The notes: generated by a model from the sequence alone, not told the origin. Shown: positions 24,987 to 38,300, numbered from the stretch's first letter. The stretch: DNA of 64,000 bases from Octopus bimaculoides (GCF_001194135.2 NC_068984.1:34124640-34188639); one strand, 5' to 3'. Program-made: numbers and translations.

Positions 24987-25486
24987 TGTGCACGTGTTCG
25001 CAATTGCACATCTTAGAGTAAATAATAATCAGAAAATATAATTTTCAGCTATTGATATATTGAGTTTAAGCATTTTAGAATCCATCCTTTTTATTTCATT
25101 CAAATGCATCATACATAACATATCAGTTTTTAAAGAGGATGAATGGAGAGAAAATTGTCTGAGTTGTTTCAATAAGTTACAGATTGAGAGCCAATCTTTT
25201 CAAAGATATTATATGCTGAACAATAATGTATGATGAATTGCATCAACCTAAAGTGAACTTTGTGACACATCACTTGAGATATTGAAGGAAACTGAGAACA
25301 TATCACTAGTAACTAGATGTGGTCTCACATTTAGAAAAGAATGGTAATGTTTCAAAGTTGAATCCACAGAAATTCTAAAAAATATCTAATCAAACAAGCC
25401 TGTATCTGATGTGTTATCGCGTGTATCAACTAGAAACAGCAGCTAAATTTCGATCACATCTTATCATACTGACTTATAAAAAAGTG

Positions 25487-25866
25487 TGGAGGCGCAATGG
25501 CCCAGTGGTTAGGGCAGTGGACTAGCAGTCATAGGATCGTGGTTTCGATTCCCAGACCGGGCATTGTGAGTGTCTATTGAGCAAAAACACCTAAAGCTCC
25601 ACGAGGCTCTGGCAGGGGATTGTGGTGAACCCTGCTGTACTCTTTCACCACAACTTTCTCTCACTCTTACTTCCTGTTTCCGTTGTGCCTGTAATTCAAA
25701 GGGTCAGCCTTGTCACACTGTGTCACGCTGAATATCCCCGAGAACTACGTTAAGGGTACACGTGTCTGTGGAGTGCTCAGCCACTTGCACATTAATTTCA
25801 CGAGCAGGCTGTTCCGTTGATTGGATCAACTGGAACCCTCGATGTTGTAAGCGACGGAGTGCCAAC
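25487..25866 (+). mobile_element. SINE family D, full length, 11-bp TSD
   Basis: Near-identical to the 17432 copy; TSD ataaaaaagtg at 25476-25486 and 25867-25877. Confidence 0.9.
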
Positions 25867-27965
25867 ATAAAAAAGTGCAGTCCTAAATCTATAGAGATAA
25901 GATAATTATGTTTAGAATGTCTCTAATCACGGGTCTGATTATCCAGAAAAATATCCAATAAATATCAAAATTAACATTATCAAAAACAGCAAGATCAGTC
26001 TATAAGATTGATAATTTTGTATCTGCTGTTGATGGAAACTATTTAGCCATTTAGAATATGAGAAATAAAATTCCATTTCTGTGATACTAAACAAATTTTA
26101 TAAACTGAATTAGCTTTTTAAATTTACTGGTTTTATAACTTAAGAAGTATATATATATTAAAAAAAGTAGTTTCCTAGCTGAGAAAGGGATCTTCTCTAA
26201 GGTCTGTATTTACAAGAAAAGGTCATGCTGAAGCCTTTTTGACATTATCAACGCATAAGGATGATCGGGAAGTTTTAATAAGTTTAGCAAGAAAAAGTAG
26301 TGGGCAGAGTTGGGGAAGCCGACTTCACAGTTTCAAAGATCAAAAATAAAATAAAAGAGACACTGTTATCATTTCCATCTTTTTAATCTATTATGTTGTA
26401 ATTTCTAACTTATATTCATGAACATTAATCATGGAACAAGTCATCCTGTAGTCTTTGTTACAGTTTGGCTATACATGGCTTATTTTTATCAGGCTGTTAA
26501 ATACTTTACTTCATTCTTCAGAGCATCTTTGCAGTTTAATTTTCAGAGACCAACAGATTTCGTTTCTTTCACCATTCATCTTTTCCTCAATCAGTCTGGT
26601 TCTCTTTTGCAAAAATCTCTATCCATTTCCTATACTTAGCATAATATCTTCTACATCTCTTTCAATATATCAGTATTCTTTATTGATCACTTTCTTTAAT
26701 GTAATTCTAACCAGTTCACACCTAGTCATTGGCATATTACATGCTGCTTCAACTTTTATTTAATTCAATATATTTTACACACTTCTGACAGTTTTGCCTC
26801 TATTTCTTCTTATTATGTATAAGTTTTTATCACTTGCTTGTCTGCTAAGCAGGAAATTGTATCTGTGCATTGTCTTCATATTTCTAACATCTCTAGATTG
26901 ACTTTACTGAATTGAAAGACATTTGTTAATACTTTACCACTAGATTCATTCTGTAATTTATGAGACATCAATAAGAAATTTGATACTGCTTCTTTGAGCA
27001 AAACAAACAGTAATCTCCACACCAAAACAACTTTACAAGCAATGTGGTAAAAATAAAACTAATGTAGCACTAATACCAAGAGAAGAAGATTTGGCCAGCG
27101 GGCTTTGAAGAGTAGATGGATTGCCACAGGAGAGAAATTAACAAAAATAGGATATAAAGACTGAAGTTACTATGGTATATGAAAAACATGAAAGCACTTG
27201 GAAATGAGAAAGCACTAAATTCCTGGCTAAAATATTTGGAGGGTATCTACAAAATACCTGCTAAAATATGTAATAATTTACTGCAAAAGTGTGAAACAGC
27301 ATAATAATTGAATAGTTGAATGGTTTACTAAGGAGTAAAATCATTTTAATCCATCTCTTAAACTGAAGAAAAGTGAACCTTTACTCCTGCAAGAAAATAA
27401 CAAGATACATAAACTGTCCATTTATTATAAGCGAAGTCTTAACAGCTTAACATCCAGATTACAATTATGATAAAATATGAAAAAAATAATTAAATATATA
27501 AACCCACTTACCATCAAAAACCAATAGGAAAGGTGCTACAAAATCTTATATTAATTATTAGATGGGCTAATGATAAACACAGTTAAAAATGAAAACTGAA
27601 GGAAGAAAATGAAGTGCGTGACCATGGTATTGATTGATTCTCAAGAAAGGCTTTTGACTATTCCTTTGACTGGAATTTTGGCTTTTGACTGGTGCATTGA
27701 AGTATAAACTATGAGTAAATTAGCACAAAATGCAAGCAAATGCAAACATCTTAAGTAAATGAGAGAGAAGTTTAGTGGGGAATATTCCCCAAAAGCACAT
27801 AACGAGTAATACTCCTACTGAGTTAAATGCCCCAAAATAATGTAATAAAGATCAATTCTTTAGAGGATTCAGCTATAACCAGAAGTCTTTTTTCAATTGA
27901 AGGATTAGTAGGGGCAGCAAAGGATCATTTTTAGAAGATATTACTCACAACTGACTCAGAAACAT

Positions 27966-28207
27966 TCTTTTACTCTTTTACATGTTTCAGTCATTTGACT
28001 GTGGTCATGCTGGAGCAACACCTTTAGTCAAACAAATCGACTCCAGGACTTATTCTTTGTAAGCCTAGTACTTAGTATATCAATCTCTTTTGCTGAACTG
28101 CTAAGTTTCAGGGACATAAACACACCAACAACCAGCATCAGCTGGCAAGTGATGGTGGGGTGGACAAACACAGACACAAAGACACACACACATAAATATA
28201 TATACAC

Positions 28208-28241
<34 letters not shown>

Positions 28242-28405
28242 ATAAATACATACACACAACAAATTTCTTCCAGTTTCCATCTACCAAATCTACTCACAAG
28301 GCTTTAGTTGGCCCGAGGCTATAGTAGAAGGCACTTGCCTAATGTGTTACGCAGTGGGACTGAACCCAGAACCATGTGTTTAGGAAGTAAGCTTCTTACC
28401 ACACC
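27966..28405 (-). mobile_element. SINE family A, full length
   Basis: Reverse complement of family A from the tail (cttttactcttttacatgtttcagtcatttgactg) to the head (gcttcttaccacac). Confidence 0.88.
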
Positions 28406-28779
28406 GTAATATAAATACAATGGGTAGAGGGTTTTCTCTTACAAGATTATTATTATAAAATAGCTATTTTGAAAGTAAATTTATCAAGAATAAAGAAAAA
28501 TTAATATAATAGCCACAGAACATGAACAAATAACAGGAAACAGAATTTCATGTAACAGTGCAATGAAAAAATAACAGCAGACTATTAAGAAAACTAAATT
28601 AGAAATAAGACTAACATTATTTTTCCATGATATTGATAAGTAAAACATACAATAAAGGAACCATGTAAGAAGCAGAAGTGAACAGAGAAAATTTGTTTGA
28701 TTCAAACCTTGGATCAATGTATTTTTAATAGATAATATCTTGATATATAAGCAATCTTTCTAGAAGCTTTTTCTCAAAT

Positions 28780-29130
28780 CATCATCTTTATTGTTTAACG
28801 TCCGCTTTCCATGTCAGCATCGGTTGGACGATTTGACTGAGGACTGGCTAACCAGATGGCTTCACCAGGCTCAAATCTAATCTCGCAGAGAGTCTACAGC
28901 TGGATGCCATTCCTAATGGCAACCACTCCGAGAGTGTAGTGGGTGCTTTTACGTGCCACTGGCACGAGGGTCAGTCAGGTGGTACTGGCAATGGTCATGC
29001 TCCAATGGTGTTTTTTTTTTTTACGTGCCACCTGCACAGGCGCCAGTCCAGTGGCACTGGCAACAACCTTGCTTGAATGTTTTTTTCACAAGCCACCGGC
29101 ATGGAAGCCAGTCAGCTGCTCTGGCAACGA
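28780..29130 (-). mobile_element. Repeat family B
   Basis: catcatc..gtttaacgtccgctttccatg..ggatgccattcctaatggcaaccactccgagagtgtagtgggtgc. Confidence 0.8.
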
Positions 29131-29840
29131 TCACGAAATATAAAGTTATAAAGAGTATACATCATAACAGCAGAATATGAGGTTTTGAAGAACCAATTAA
29201 TTGTTGCTGAGTCTTAATCAAGGTGGAGTATTTAGCAGACATAACAGAGTTAAATGTTTCATGCTGTAAAAGCAACACTTGTATTGCAGAATTTGTTCAG
29301 CAAAGAGGTAGAATACAAGTGATCTCATAAAACGACAAGATAACTTTACTTTGGGATATACTGATTCTCACACATTTTGATTAAGCCAAATCTTCAGATT
29401 TAATTGACAAAGATCATCAGACAGGAATAAAAAAGAATGTCACCTAACCAAGAAATCACTTGTTACAGAACAGAAGACAGTATATCTGAAATAGAAATGA
29501 AGCAACAATCCAAATATAGAGACATAAAATAATGATATTCAGATAGTAGCAGGGGATTAAAAACAAAAACAATTCCCATAATAGCAGAGAATTTAGGAAT
29601 GATTTATGGAGATGATATACAAGCAAGTACCAGGACATACACACAACGCACAATATATCATTTCTGAGAATTGCACATATATTACATGAAGGTGACTAGT
29701 CTCTACTTTGTAAGGTGGAAGGGCATTGCAAAGATATGGGAAGTAGATCAGGGGGCTAAAAATATTTCAGTGTTTAGTTCTATCCTTACTCTGCTTATCC
29801 ATCCATCCATCCATCCATCCATCCATCTATCAATCAATCA

Positions 29841-29893
<53 letters not shown>

Positions 29894-30147
29894 ATGTAGC
29901 TGGATTAAAAATGGTGGCTAAAATTTCATTTACTATGAGTTTCATGTTAAGAAAAATATCTTAATATCTTAATGATTTTTCTAGTCGATCAGATGGAGGA
30001 ATGGTGTTCATTTCCATTTTGGATGAAATGGAGATGAACACCATTCTTCCATGTAACCAGTTTTAAAAATTGTTAAGATATGAGATATTTTTCTTCACAT
30101 GAAACCAATGGTAGCTTTAATACACAAATATATATATATATAGAGAG

Positions 30148-31370
30148 AGAGGTAGTAGATAATTTCTGTTATCTAGGGGACCAAATTAGTAGTGGGGGAG
30201 AATGCATGGATAGTGTGACAGCTAGAATAAGAATAGGTTAGAGGAAATTCATTGAACTATTACCTCTGTGTTGTAGTGGAAATGGTACATCCCTCCCACT
30301 GGACATGTGATAAGAGAAGCACCTATAAAGAGAGATGACCTCAACCAGTATGGGGAGTCATGTATCAGTTGTTGTAGAGTTGCTGTATGAGTTGTCAGTT
30401 GGAGTTAAGTGTCAGTTACATGTTATACTTGAGTTCAAGTCACAGTCAAAGTAGATGGTTCAAATTCAGTGTCTTGCAAAGCTATCAGCCTTAGCATGAT
30501 AGACGAAGTGGTGTATTGTTATTCCAGTATAAAGAGATACACTGTATCTGATACCAAGAAAATATTGTGGCTACTAGGATATATACAACAGCTACAGCCA
30601 CACCTTTTAACTGTGGAAAATACCACATCATAACACTCTCTTGACCATAAAAGTTTTCTCTCTCTGAGTGAAAGGAAGATTGTGTGATGCATGTAAACAG
30701 ACAGCAATTCTACATGGTAGTGAGATGTGAGCCCAGAATGTAGAGGACATGCAAAGGTTAGAAAACAATGAGGCTTTCATGCTCTACTGGATGTGTAATG
30801 TAAGTATACATGTTTGACAGAGTGCTATTGTTTTGAGAGATAAGTTAGGCATAAGAGGAATTAGTTGCTGTGTCCAAGAGTGAAGACAGCACTGGTTTGA
30901 GCATGTGATGTGGATGGATGCTAACAGCTCTATAAAGAAGTGTCGATCTCTCATGGAACACATAGGCGTGGGAGACCTAGGAAGACATTGATGAAGTACT
31001 CAAGAATGACTTCAAGATCTGAACATTCCAGGTGAGAAAACAAAGTACCAAGATTCCCAGTACCTTGCTGCACTCAAGAAGATCCATACTCCACTGCAGA
31101 AATGTTAAGACTGGTCCCTCTAGTGGTGAAAAGCACTCGTCACAGTACCAAGTAAAAGCACCAGTGCAGCACCATGTAAAAACATCTGTCTGGTGCCAAG
31201 TAAAAACAGCCAGCACACTCTATAAAGTGGCTGGAGTTAGGAAGGGCATCCATCTAGAGAAACCATACTGAATCAGACTAGAGTCTGGTGCAGCTCCCCA
31301 GCTTTCGAGCTCCTGTCAAACTGTCTCACCCATGCTAGCATGGACAATGAATGTTAAATGATGATGATAC
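30148..31370 (+). mobile_element. RTE-clade LINE 3' fragment (RT C-terminus, 3' UTR, (GAT)n tail), split by a solo LTR
   Basis: EVVDNFCYLGDQISSGGECMDSVTARIRIG*RKFIELLPL [insert] LTIKVFSL*VKGRLCDAC..LHGSE..RLENNEAFMLYWMCNV..LRDKLGIRGISCCVQE*RQHWFEHVM..RGRPRKT, continuing into a family-B-type tail. Confidence 0.88.
30269..30635. mobile_element. Putative solo LTR (367 bp) inserted in the RTE LINE
   Basis: Ends TGTT...AACA; flanks ctctg (30264-30268) and ctctc (30636-30640). Removing it plus one flank restores the RTE frame (PL|LTIK). Confidence 0.7.
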
Positions 31371-31747
31371 ATATGCATGTGTGCTTGCATGTGTGTAAAT
31401 ATATTTCAGTGTGAGTGTATTTATATACAACATGCAAACAGATGTGATAAATTCTATATCACTTGTTTTCTACTCTTTCTTTTTCTTGTCCTTCTCTTTG
31501 ATGAATGCATAACCCCAAAACATTATATTTATTTTTGGTTTCTTTTCATTAGCATATATATATATTCATTGCATACTTCCTCCATTGTTGTTGTTTTACT
31601 TCATATTTCTACACTTTTTCAATCATGTGTTTTGCTTTGTCTGACTTCATGCATTATTTATTTATTACTCCTCGCCTCAGATGCCAACTCATCTTAATTG
31701 TTTGACTTATACATACATTTCTGTGTGTGCATACACAATCATATACC

Positions 31748-31971
31748 TTTTATCTTTAATCTTTTACCTCCTTCAGGCCACAGACTGCGGCTATGCTGGG
31801 GCACTGCCACGAAGAACTATTAGTCGATTGAATCAAACCAAGCATTTATTTTGTTTTTAAGCCTCTGGCACTTATTCTATTGGTCTCTTTTTGCTAAACA
31901 TCTAAGTCACAGGGACATAAACAGACCAACATCATTTGTCAAGCAGTAGTGGGGACTAACAAAAATACAAA

Positions 31972-32011
<40 letters not shown>

Positions 32012-32203
32012 CACACACACACACACGCACACACACACATATAATGGACTTCTTTCAATTTCAATCTATCAAATCCACTCATGAAACTTTGGTCAGCCTG
32101 TGGCTATAGTAGAAGACACTTGTCCAAGTTGCCACACAGTGGGTCTGAACCTGGAACCATGTGGTTGGGAAGCAAGCTTCTTATCACACAGTCACACCTT
32201 GCA
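31748..32203 (-). mobile_element. SINE family A, full length
   Basis: Family A tail, (CA)n centre, gtagaagacacttgtccaag core and head. Confidence 0.85.
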
Positions 32204-32637
32204 CCCTGCACATATGATGTTTGAATTTATAAATAAGAACACAAAGTACTCAATGCGATGAGTTTATTCAAAGCTTCCTTCAATTACTACCTTAATCTTT
32301 GCTTTCCATAGTCCGATACGTTCCTCCAAAGAAGCAAATGGAAAGGGAGAAAAGGAATGAAATTATCTTCTTGTTAGGGAAATCAAATTGTGCAAAAATG
32401 TTGGAATTTCTCGTTATCATTTCATCATTTTACTTTCATGGGGAAATATGTTACAAATGCATCCAACAATACTTCTATGTAATCATGGATGCACTGGAAG
32501 TTCTAATCTTAGAAAGAGTCTTGTTTATTTCAATATGGACTGGTTGGAAAGACAATATTTATTGAGTTGCTGTTTAGTTTCAGCAGACTTGTGTTCAAAT
32601 GCATTAGCATCTTATTTATTTATTGTAGCTCTTCCTT

Positions 32638-33040
32638 AACTTTTACCTTGCTTCAGTCATTAGACTGTGGCCATGCTGGAGTGCTACCTTGAAGGATTTT
32701 ATTTGAACTAATTGACCCTAGTACTTATTTTCTTTATAAGCCCGATACTTATTCTACCAGTCTCTTAAGTCAAACTGCTAAGTTATATGGACATAAACAC
32801 ACAAAGACCAGTTGTCAAATGGTGGTGGGGGACAAACACAAGCACAAACACACATGCACGTAGATATACATTCAAATATAGATATATGACAGGCTTCTTT
32901 CAGTTTCCATCTACTAGATTCACTCACATAGTCTTGATCAGCCTGAGGCTATAGTAGAAGACACTTGCCCAAGGTACCATGCAGTAACACTGAACCTGGG
33001 ACCATGTGGTTAGGAAGCAAACTTCTTACCACACTGCCAC
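32638..33040 (-). mobile_element. SINE family A, full length
   Basis: Same diagnostic motifs as the 31748 copy. Confidence 0.85.
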
Positions 33041-33494
33041 AATATATTCTATCTCTTTTAATATGATAGCATGAGATTTGAGGAAGATATGGCTGCTGTA
33101 ACTAGCAAGACATGGTAACATTTATAAGCTTTCTCACTGAATAATATGAGAGAGATTCTATTACTATAAGCAAAACTCTTTTACCATAATCAAAGACACA
33201 ATTATTATAGACTGTTGTTAGTTTCCTGCTCCATCAAAGTTTTAGTTGTTTTTGTTGTGTCTGTCTCTTCAATTCAAAAGTCTCAATGCTATCACTAACA
33301 CACAAGTTTGTAAAGTCACTAAACCTAGCTACTTCACCAATTAGATAAAGTTAGCATCTCCAAAAACGTCTCTATTTGGATTGGAGTTAATATCTGCTCT
33401 GAAATGTCTAATCTGATTTTCCTCAATTCTAAAACATTGTACCATTTGTTTATCTTTATAATTTTTTAAATTATTATCATCATCATCATCATCA

Positions 33495-33551
<57 letters not shown>

Positions 33552-33909
33552 TTATTATTATTATTATTAACAATAATAATAATTTTAATATTAATAATGT
33601 TTTGGTGGTAGGAGTATTCAGGAGAGGGCAATTGCTGCTGTTTTAGAAAAAAAAAAATGTGTATTTTGGTTTTTTTTTTTTCCTTCCATCCTTCCTTCCT
33701 TCCTTCCTTCCTTCCTTCCTTCCGTCCTTATTTCCTCCCTCTCCCTCCTTTTCCCTCCCCGTCCTCGTTATCTCTTTTCATTTCTGACAGCCTTACATAT
33801 ATGAAGTAGCTATTGATTTAAAAATTACCTTGTCAAATTCAATCAATGAATTTTGGAAAGTAGCTCTCATGGAGAATGGCATAGCTACTTTTAGGACCAC
33901 ACAACCACT

Positions 33910-33996
<87 letters not shown>

Positions 33997-34632
33997 ACTA
34001 CTACTACTACTACAATAATAATAATAATGCTTCTGTGTCTGAGAACATATCTAAGAGATTGGGTGGAAATGGGTACAGGAAGATGCATTGAGTGTGAAGG
34101 AGTAACAAGCAAGTAAATAAATATAGCAAATATAAAAATTCTACTAGTTCACTCTAGTGTTCATAAATTTTAAGCTCTCACATATTACATTTTCCTTCTT
34201 GCTTCTTTTTTTCTTAAATTTTTGAATTTTATTTTACATTGTTGTTTGTTTTCTTCATATTGTAATCTCACATTTGATCATGGTTGTTATCATAGTTCTT
34301 GTTATTGTTGCTACTATTACTGTTGTTATTGTGTGTGTGTGTGTGTGTTTTTTGTTTTTGTTATCATCATCGACAACAACAATATTTCAGTTTCTATTTA
34401 TCAAAAAAACAAAAGAGAGAGAAAAAAAGGTAATTTCCTCTATTGTATTCAAATAACTGAAACACCATCTCTACTGAACTTGCTCCTTGATTTCATCTTC
34501 TTTGTTTTTAGTGAAAGCATTCTTCTTCTTTCTTTCACCTTCTCCCCCTCTGCGTGCGTGTATATACATACATACATACATGCATACATACGTGCATACA
34601 TACATACATACATACATACATACATACATACA

Positions 34633-34695
<63 letters not shown>

Positions 34696-35219
34696 CCCGC
34701 TTTTCACTTCTGTTTTTTCTCTCAGTCTCTCTGATTTTTGTAATATGAGTGCTTTGTAAGCTGCTTGCTAGGATTATCCATTAGTTCGATTAATGATTTC
34801 CTCAGATTGAAGATTTTGGTGCAAGGATTATTTTAAAATATGATGGAAGGAACATATTAGCAGCAAGTCTCTGAAATAACATGGAGCAAGCATTAAGCTT
34901 ATGGTTTTGTAAATTTAAGTTCCAAATCCTCCACCTCCATCATCATTCTCTTTACTCCAATACTTTTTGCAGTAACAGAGAGATGCAAGCTCAGATATTA
35001 ATGATACCTGCACTGTATCTTTCATGAGTCTGAGTAGCTTAGAGTTCATTGCTCTCATTCACAAATGGGAGACATTTTATCATGAAAAACATGTTTTAGG
35101 TATATTGGAAAGAATACTGTCTTTGCAGAAGACTTCATATTCTTGGAAGTTCAGAATCCATAACAACAAGTTTCACAACTTGGGTTTATATTGATAAAAA
35201 CCTGACAGTTTTGTTATCT

Positions 35220-36286
35220 TTTATCTTTTACATGTTTCAGTCATTAGACTGCGGCTATGCTTGGACACCATCTTGAAATATTTTTTTCAAAAAATTTGAC
35301 CTCAATACTTATTTTTTTAAAGCCTGGCACTTTTGCTTCTTTTGTCAAACTGCTAAGTTGCAGGAGCATAAATGCAGCATCACCACTGGTGGTGGGGAAG
35401 AAACACAGACTCAAAGACATGCACACATGCACAAATATCTATCTATCTACATATATATATCATCATCATCATCATCATCGTTTAACGTCCGCTTTCCATG
35501 CTAGCATGGGTTGGACGATTTGACTGAGGACTGGTGAAACCGGATGGCAACACCAGGCTCCAGTCTGATTTGGCAGAGTTTCTACAGCTGGATGCCCTTC
35601 CTAACGCCAACCACTCAGAGAGTGTAGTGGGTGCTTTTACGTGTCACCCGCACGAAAACGGCCACGCTCGAAATGGTGTCTTTTATGTGCCACCCGCACA
35701 AGCCAGTCCAGGGGCACTGGCAACGATCTCGCTCGAAAATCCTACAGGAGCCAGTCAGGCGGTACTGGCAACGGCCACGCTCAAAATGGTGCATCTCATG
35801 TGCCACCCGCACAAGAACCAGTCCAGGGGCACTGGCAACGATCTTACTTGGCTTGCCGGGTCTTCTCACGCACAGCCCATTTCCAAAGGTCTCGGTCCGT
35901 AGTCATCGCCTCGGTGATATACATCATTTGTAGAAATACATAAATCCAGAGGAGAAGCATACTCTAAGATGTAGACCAGTTAATATTATAGAGAGGTAAG
36001 CTTATTTATGGGGTTTCTCATTCATAAGGGGTTTAGCCCTAAGACATATCTTCACAACCCAAACACTGCTGGCCTGAGACCTTTTTAAAATATGGAAGCC
36101 TCATTTTTAAGGATAAAACCCTAGGTGATTATCTCCCTTTGCCATTGGCCAATGATCTTCAGCCGCCCTGCTATCTTGAGGTCACCAAAGGACCATGAAG
36201 GTAAATGATTGTTTCCTTTCAGCCTTGGAATTTTCTAAAATGCAGGCATGGTCCAAAAATCTTCATCCTGGCCAATGATAATGATG

Positions 36287-36341
<55 letters not shown>

Positions 36342-36510
36342 GGTGGATGGTGGATGTCTTGCCATTTCTGCCTCTGAAATCCACTCATAAGACTTTGGTA
36401 AGCCTTAAGCTACAGTAGAAGACACTTGCCCAATGTGCCTCACAGTGGGACTGAACCTAAAACCATATTGCCGTGAAACAAATTTCTTATCACACAGCTA
36501 TGCCTGCATC
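35220..36510 (-). mobile_element. SINE family A split at its internal microsatellite by later insertions (family B 35461-35917 and an unclassified (GAT)n-tailed segment to about 36290)
   Basis: 3' half at 35220-35460; 5' half at 36340-36510 preceded by (TA)n. Confidence 0.7.
35461..35917 (-). mobile_element. Repeat family B, young copy with a duplicated internal module
   Basis: catcatcatc..gtttaacgtccgctttccatgctagcatggg; module ggccacgctc..gtgccacccgcacaag..ccagtccaggggcactggcaacgatct occurs twice. Confidence 0.85.
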
Positions 36511-36924
36511 TTATAACAAGTGTTTTAAAAAAAATTTTTTTAAGTTTATATTGATGGGATCAAATTTTAATTGATGAATTATTATAGATAGTACTGTGTT
36601 AGGGTAATGTGTTTAGTTAATTACATAGATATAATTATATTGGCAGTATTTAGATTATAAACCTGAGCAAGAAAAAAGTCAACATTCACCCTAATAGGAT
36701 TTCAGATCATTAATCTATAAGTGAGAAAAAAAGAAAAAATACTGTGAAGCATTACAGCCTGAAACTCTATCAATTCTGCTGATTCATCGTCAACATATAC
36801 ATAGAATATATTATTAATGATGAAAAATGTTGTGGCAATGATGATTATTGTAATTTCAAATAAATTGAAAACCAAAGCTCATTTCATTTGATATTGATTT
36901 CCATTATGCAGTTTGAAGTGTAGC

Positions 36925-37350
36925 TAGGTGCAGATGTGACTGCATGGTAAGGAATTTGCTTCCTAACAACATTGTTTGGGATTTAGTCACAGTACTTGGC
37001 TCCTAGATCAGGTGTTTATCTATTATAGCTCCAAGCTGTTCGAAGCCTTGCAAACTGATTTGGTTGGTTGGAACTGAAAGAAGACTGTTGTGTGTGTGTG
37101 TGTGGGGGGGGGGAGTATTACTGTTTTCTTGCGTTGACATAGTGTGATAGTTGTAAATGGATGTCACTGTGATGCAAGACGTGTCATTTGTTTCCAGTCT
37201 ACATAAAAACATGTCTGGTCATGGAAAAATATTATGCTACCTGGAAACAGGTAAGGGTCGAGCAAAAGAAAGCGCATCCAGCCATAGAACATCTACCTCA
37301 ATAAATTCTGTCTAAGCCATGTAAGCAAGGAAAAGTGGATGTTAAATGAT
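36925..37350 (+). mobile_element. Chimeric SINE: family A head, different body, family-B-like (GAT)n tail
   Basis: gcagatgtgactgcatggtaagg..gaactgaaagaagac(GT)n, then an unrelated body, ending gcatccagccatagaac..gatgttaaatgatgatg. Confidence 0.6.
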
Positions 37351-37419
37351 GATGATTATTAAAAAGTGTCACATTGTTTAGTTCTGTTATTTCTGCCCCA
37401 ACAATTATTGATATCCTAG

Positions 37420-37870
37420 ACATCTCAGGTAAAGTTCCCTATGGAATATTGTTTTCTTACCTGGAACATGCTGCTGTTGCTGAAATTGCAGACATTCTAG
37501 ACCATATCCAGAAAATGGCCACCCAACTGACTATCATAATGATCCCTTTCACACACACTTTCAAAAACCTCTCTCTGTCTTACTTTAGCCACTGATATTA
37601 TTATGGCCTCTGCTCCTCAGAATTTGCTGTGCTCATTCATCTCCATTCAAGCATTCCTCTTCCTATTCCTTTTGCCTCACCTCCACTGATCACCATTTTA
37701 ATGTTCAAACACTCCAAGCTTTATTCTATTTCTACATCCAGCCTTTCCTTTACAGAATGTCAGTCCTCTGGAATTCCTTCCATATTCATATCTTCCTTGC
37801 AGGTGTTGGTTTATAAAGGCTCTAAAGAAACATTAAGGATGTCAATCTCACTTGTCTAGCAGAACCAACG
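37420..37870 (+). mobile_element. Jockey/CR1-like LINE ORF2 C-terminal remnant
   Basis: Broken frame ..ADILDHIQKMATQL..YYYGLCSSEFAVLI..LWNSFHIHIF.. Confidence 0.6.
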
Positions 37871-38009
37871 AAGGCTATGGACACAACTTCATCATCCAGA
37901 CTCAGCAATGAGTTCTAAAATTCAAATATAATTGCTTTATATATTTACTTATTATGCCATGCTTGAGAAGACCTATTGTGTCAAGTACATCAAAATCAAA
38001 ATCAAATCA

Positions 38010-38300
38010 AATCACAATCAAATGGAAATTGTAGTTGTGCTCCCCGTGCCGGCAGCATATAAAAAGTACCATCCAATTATAGTCGATGCCAGCCCTCTCT
38101 GGTGCCTTTGCTGGTGGCATGTAAAAAATGCATTCACTACACTCTTGGAGTGGTTGGCATTAAGAAGGGCATCCAGGTGTAGAAATACTGCCAGATCAGA
38201 CTGGAGTCTGGTGCAGCATCCTGGCTTCCCAGACCCCAGTCGAACCGTCCAACCCATGCCAGTATGGAAAACGGACGTTAAACAATGATGATGATGATTT
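38010..38300 (+). mobile_element. Repeat family B
   Basis: ggagtggttggcattaagaagggcatccagg..ccaacccatgccagtatggaaaacggacgttaaacaatgatgatg. Confidence 0.8.

Noticed and set aside
33334-33398. Alternative terminal exon after a minus-strand ttcag (EQILTPIQIETFLEMLTLSNW*)
   Set aside because: Poor polypyrimidine tract and no hydrophobic or otherwise meaningful tail; likely chance.
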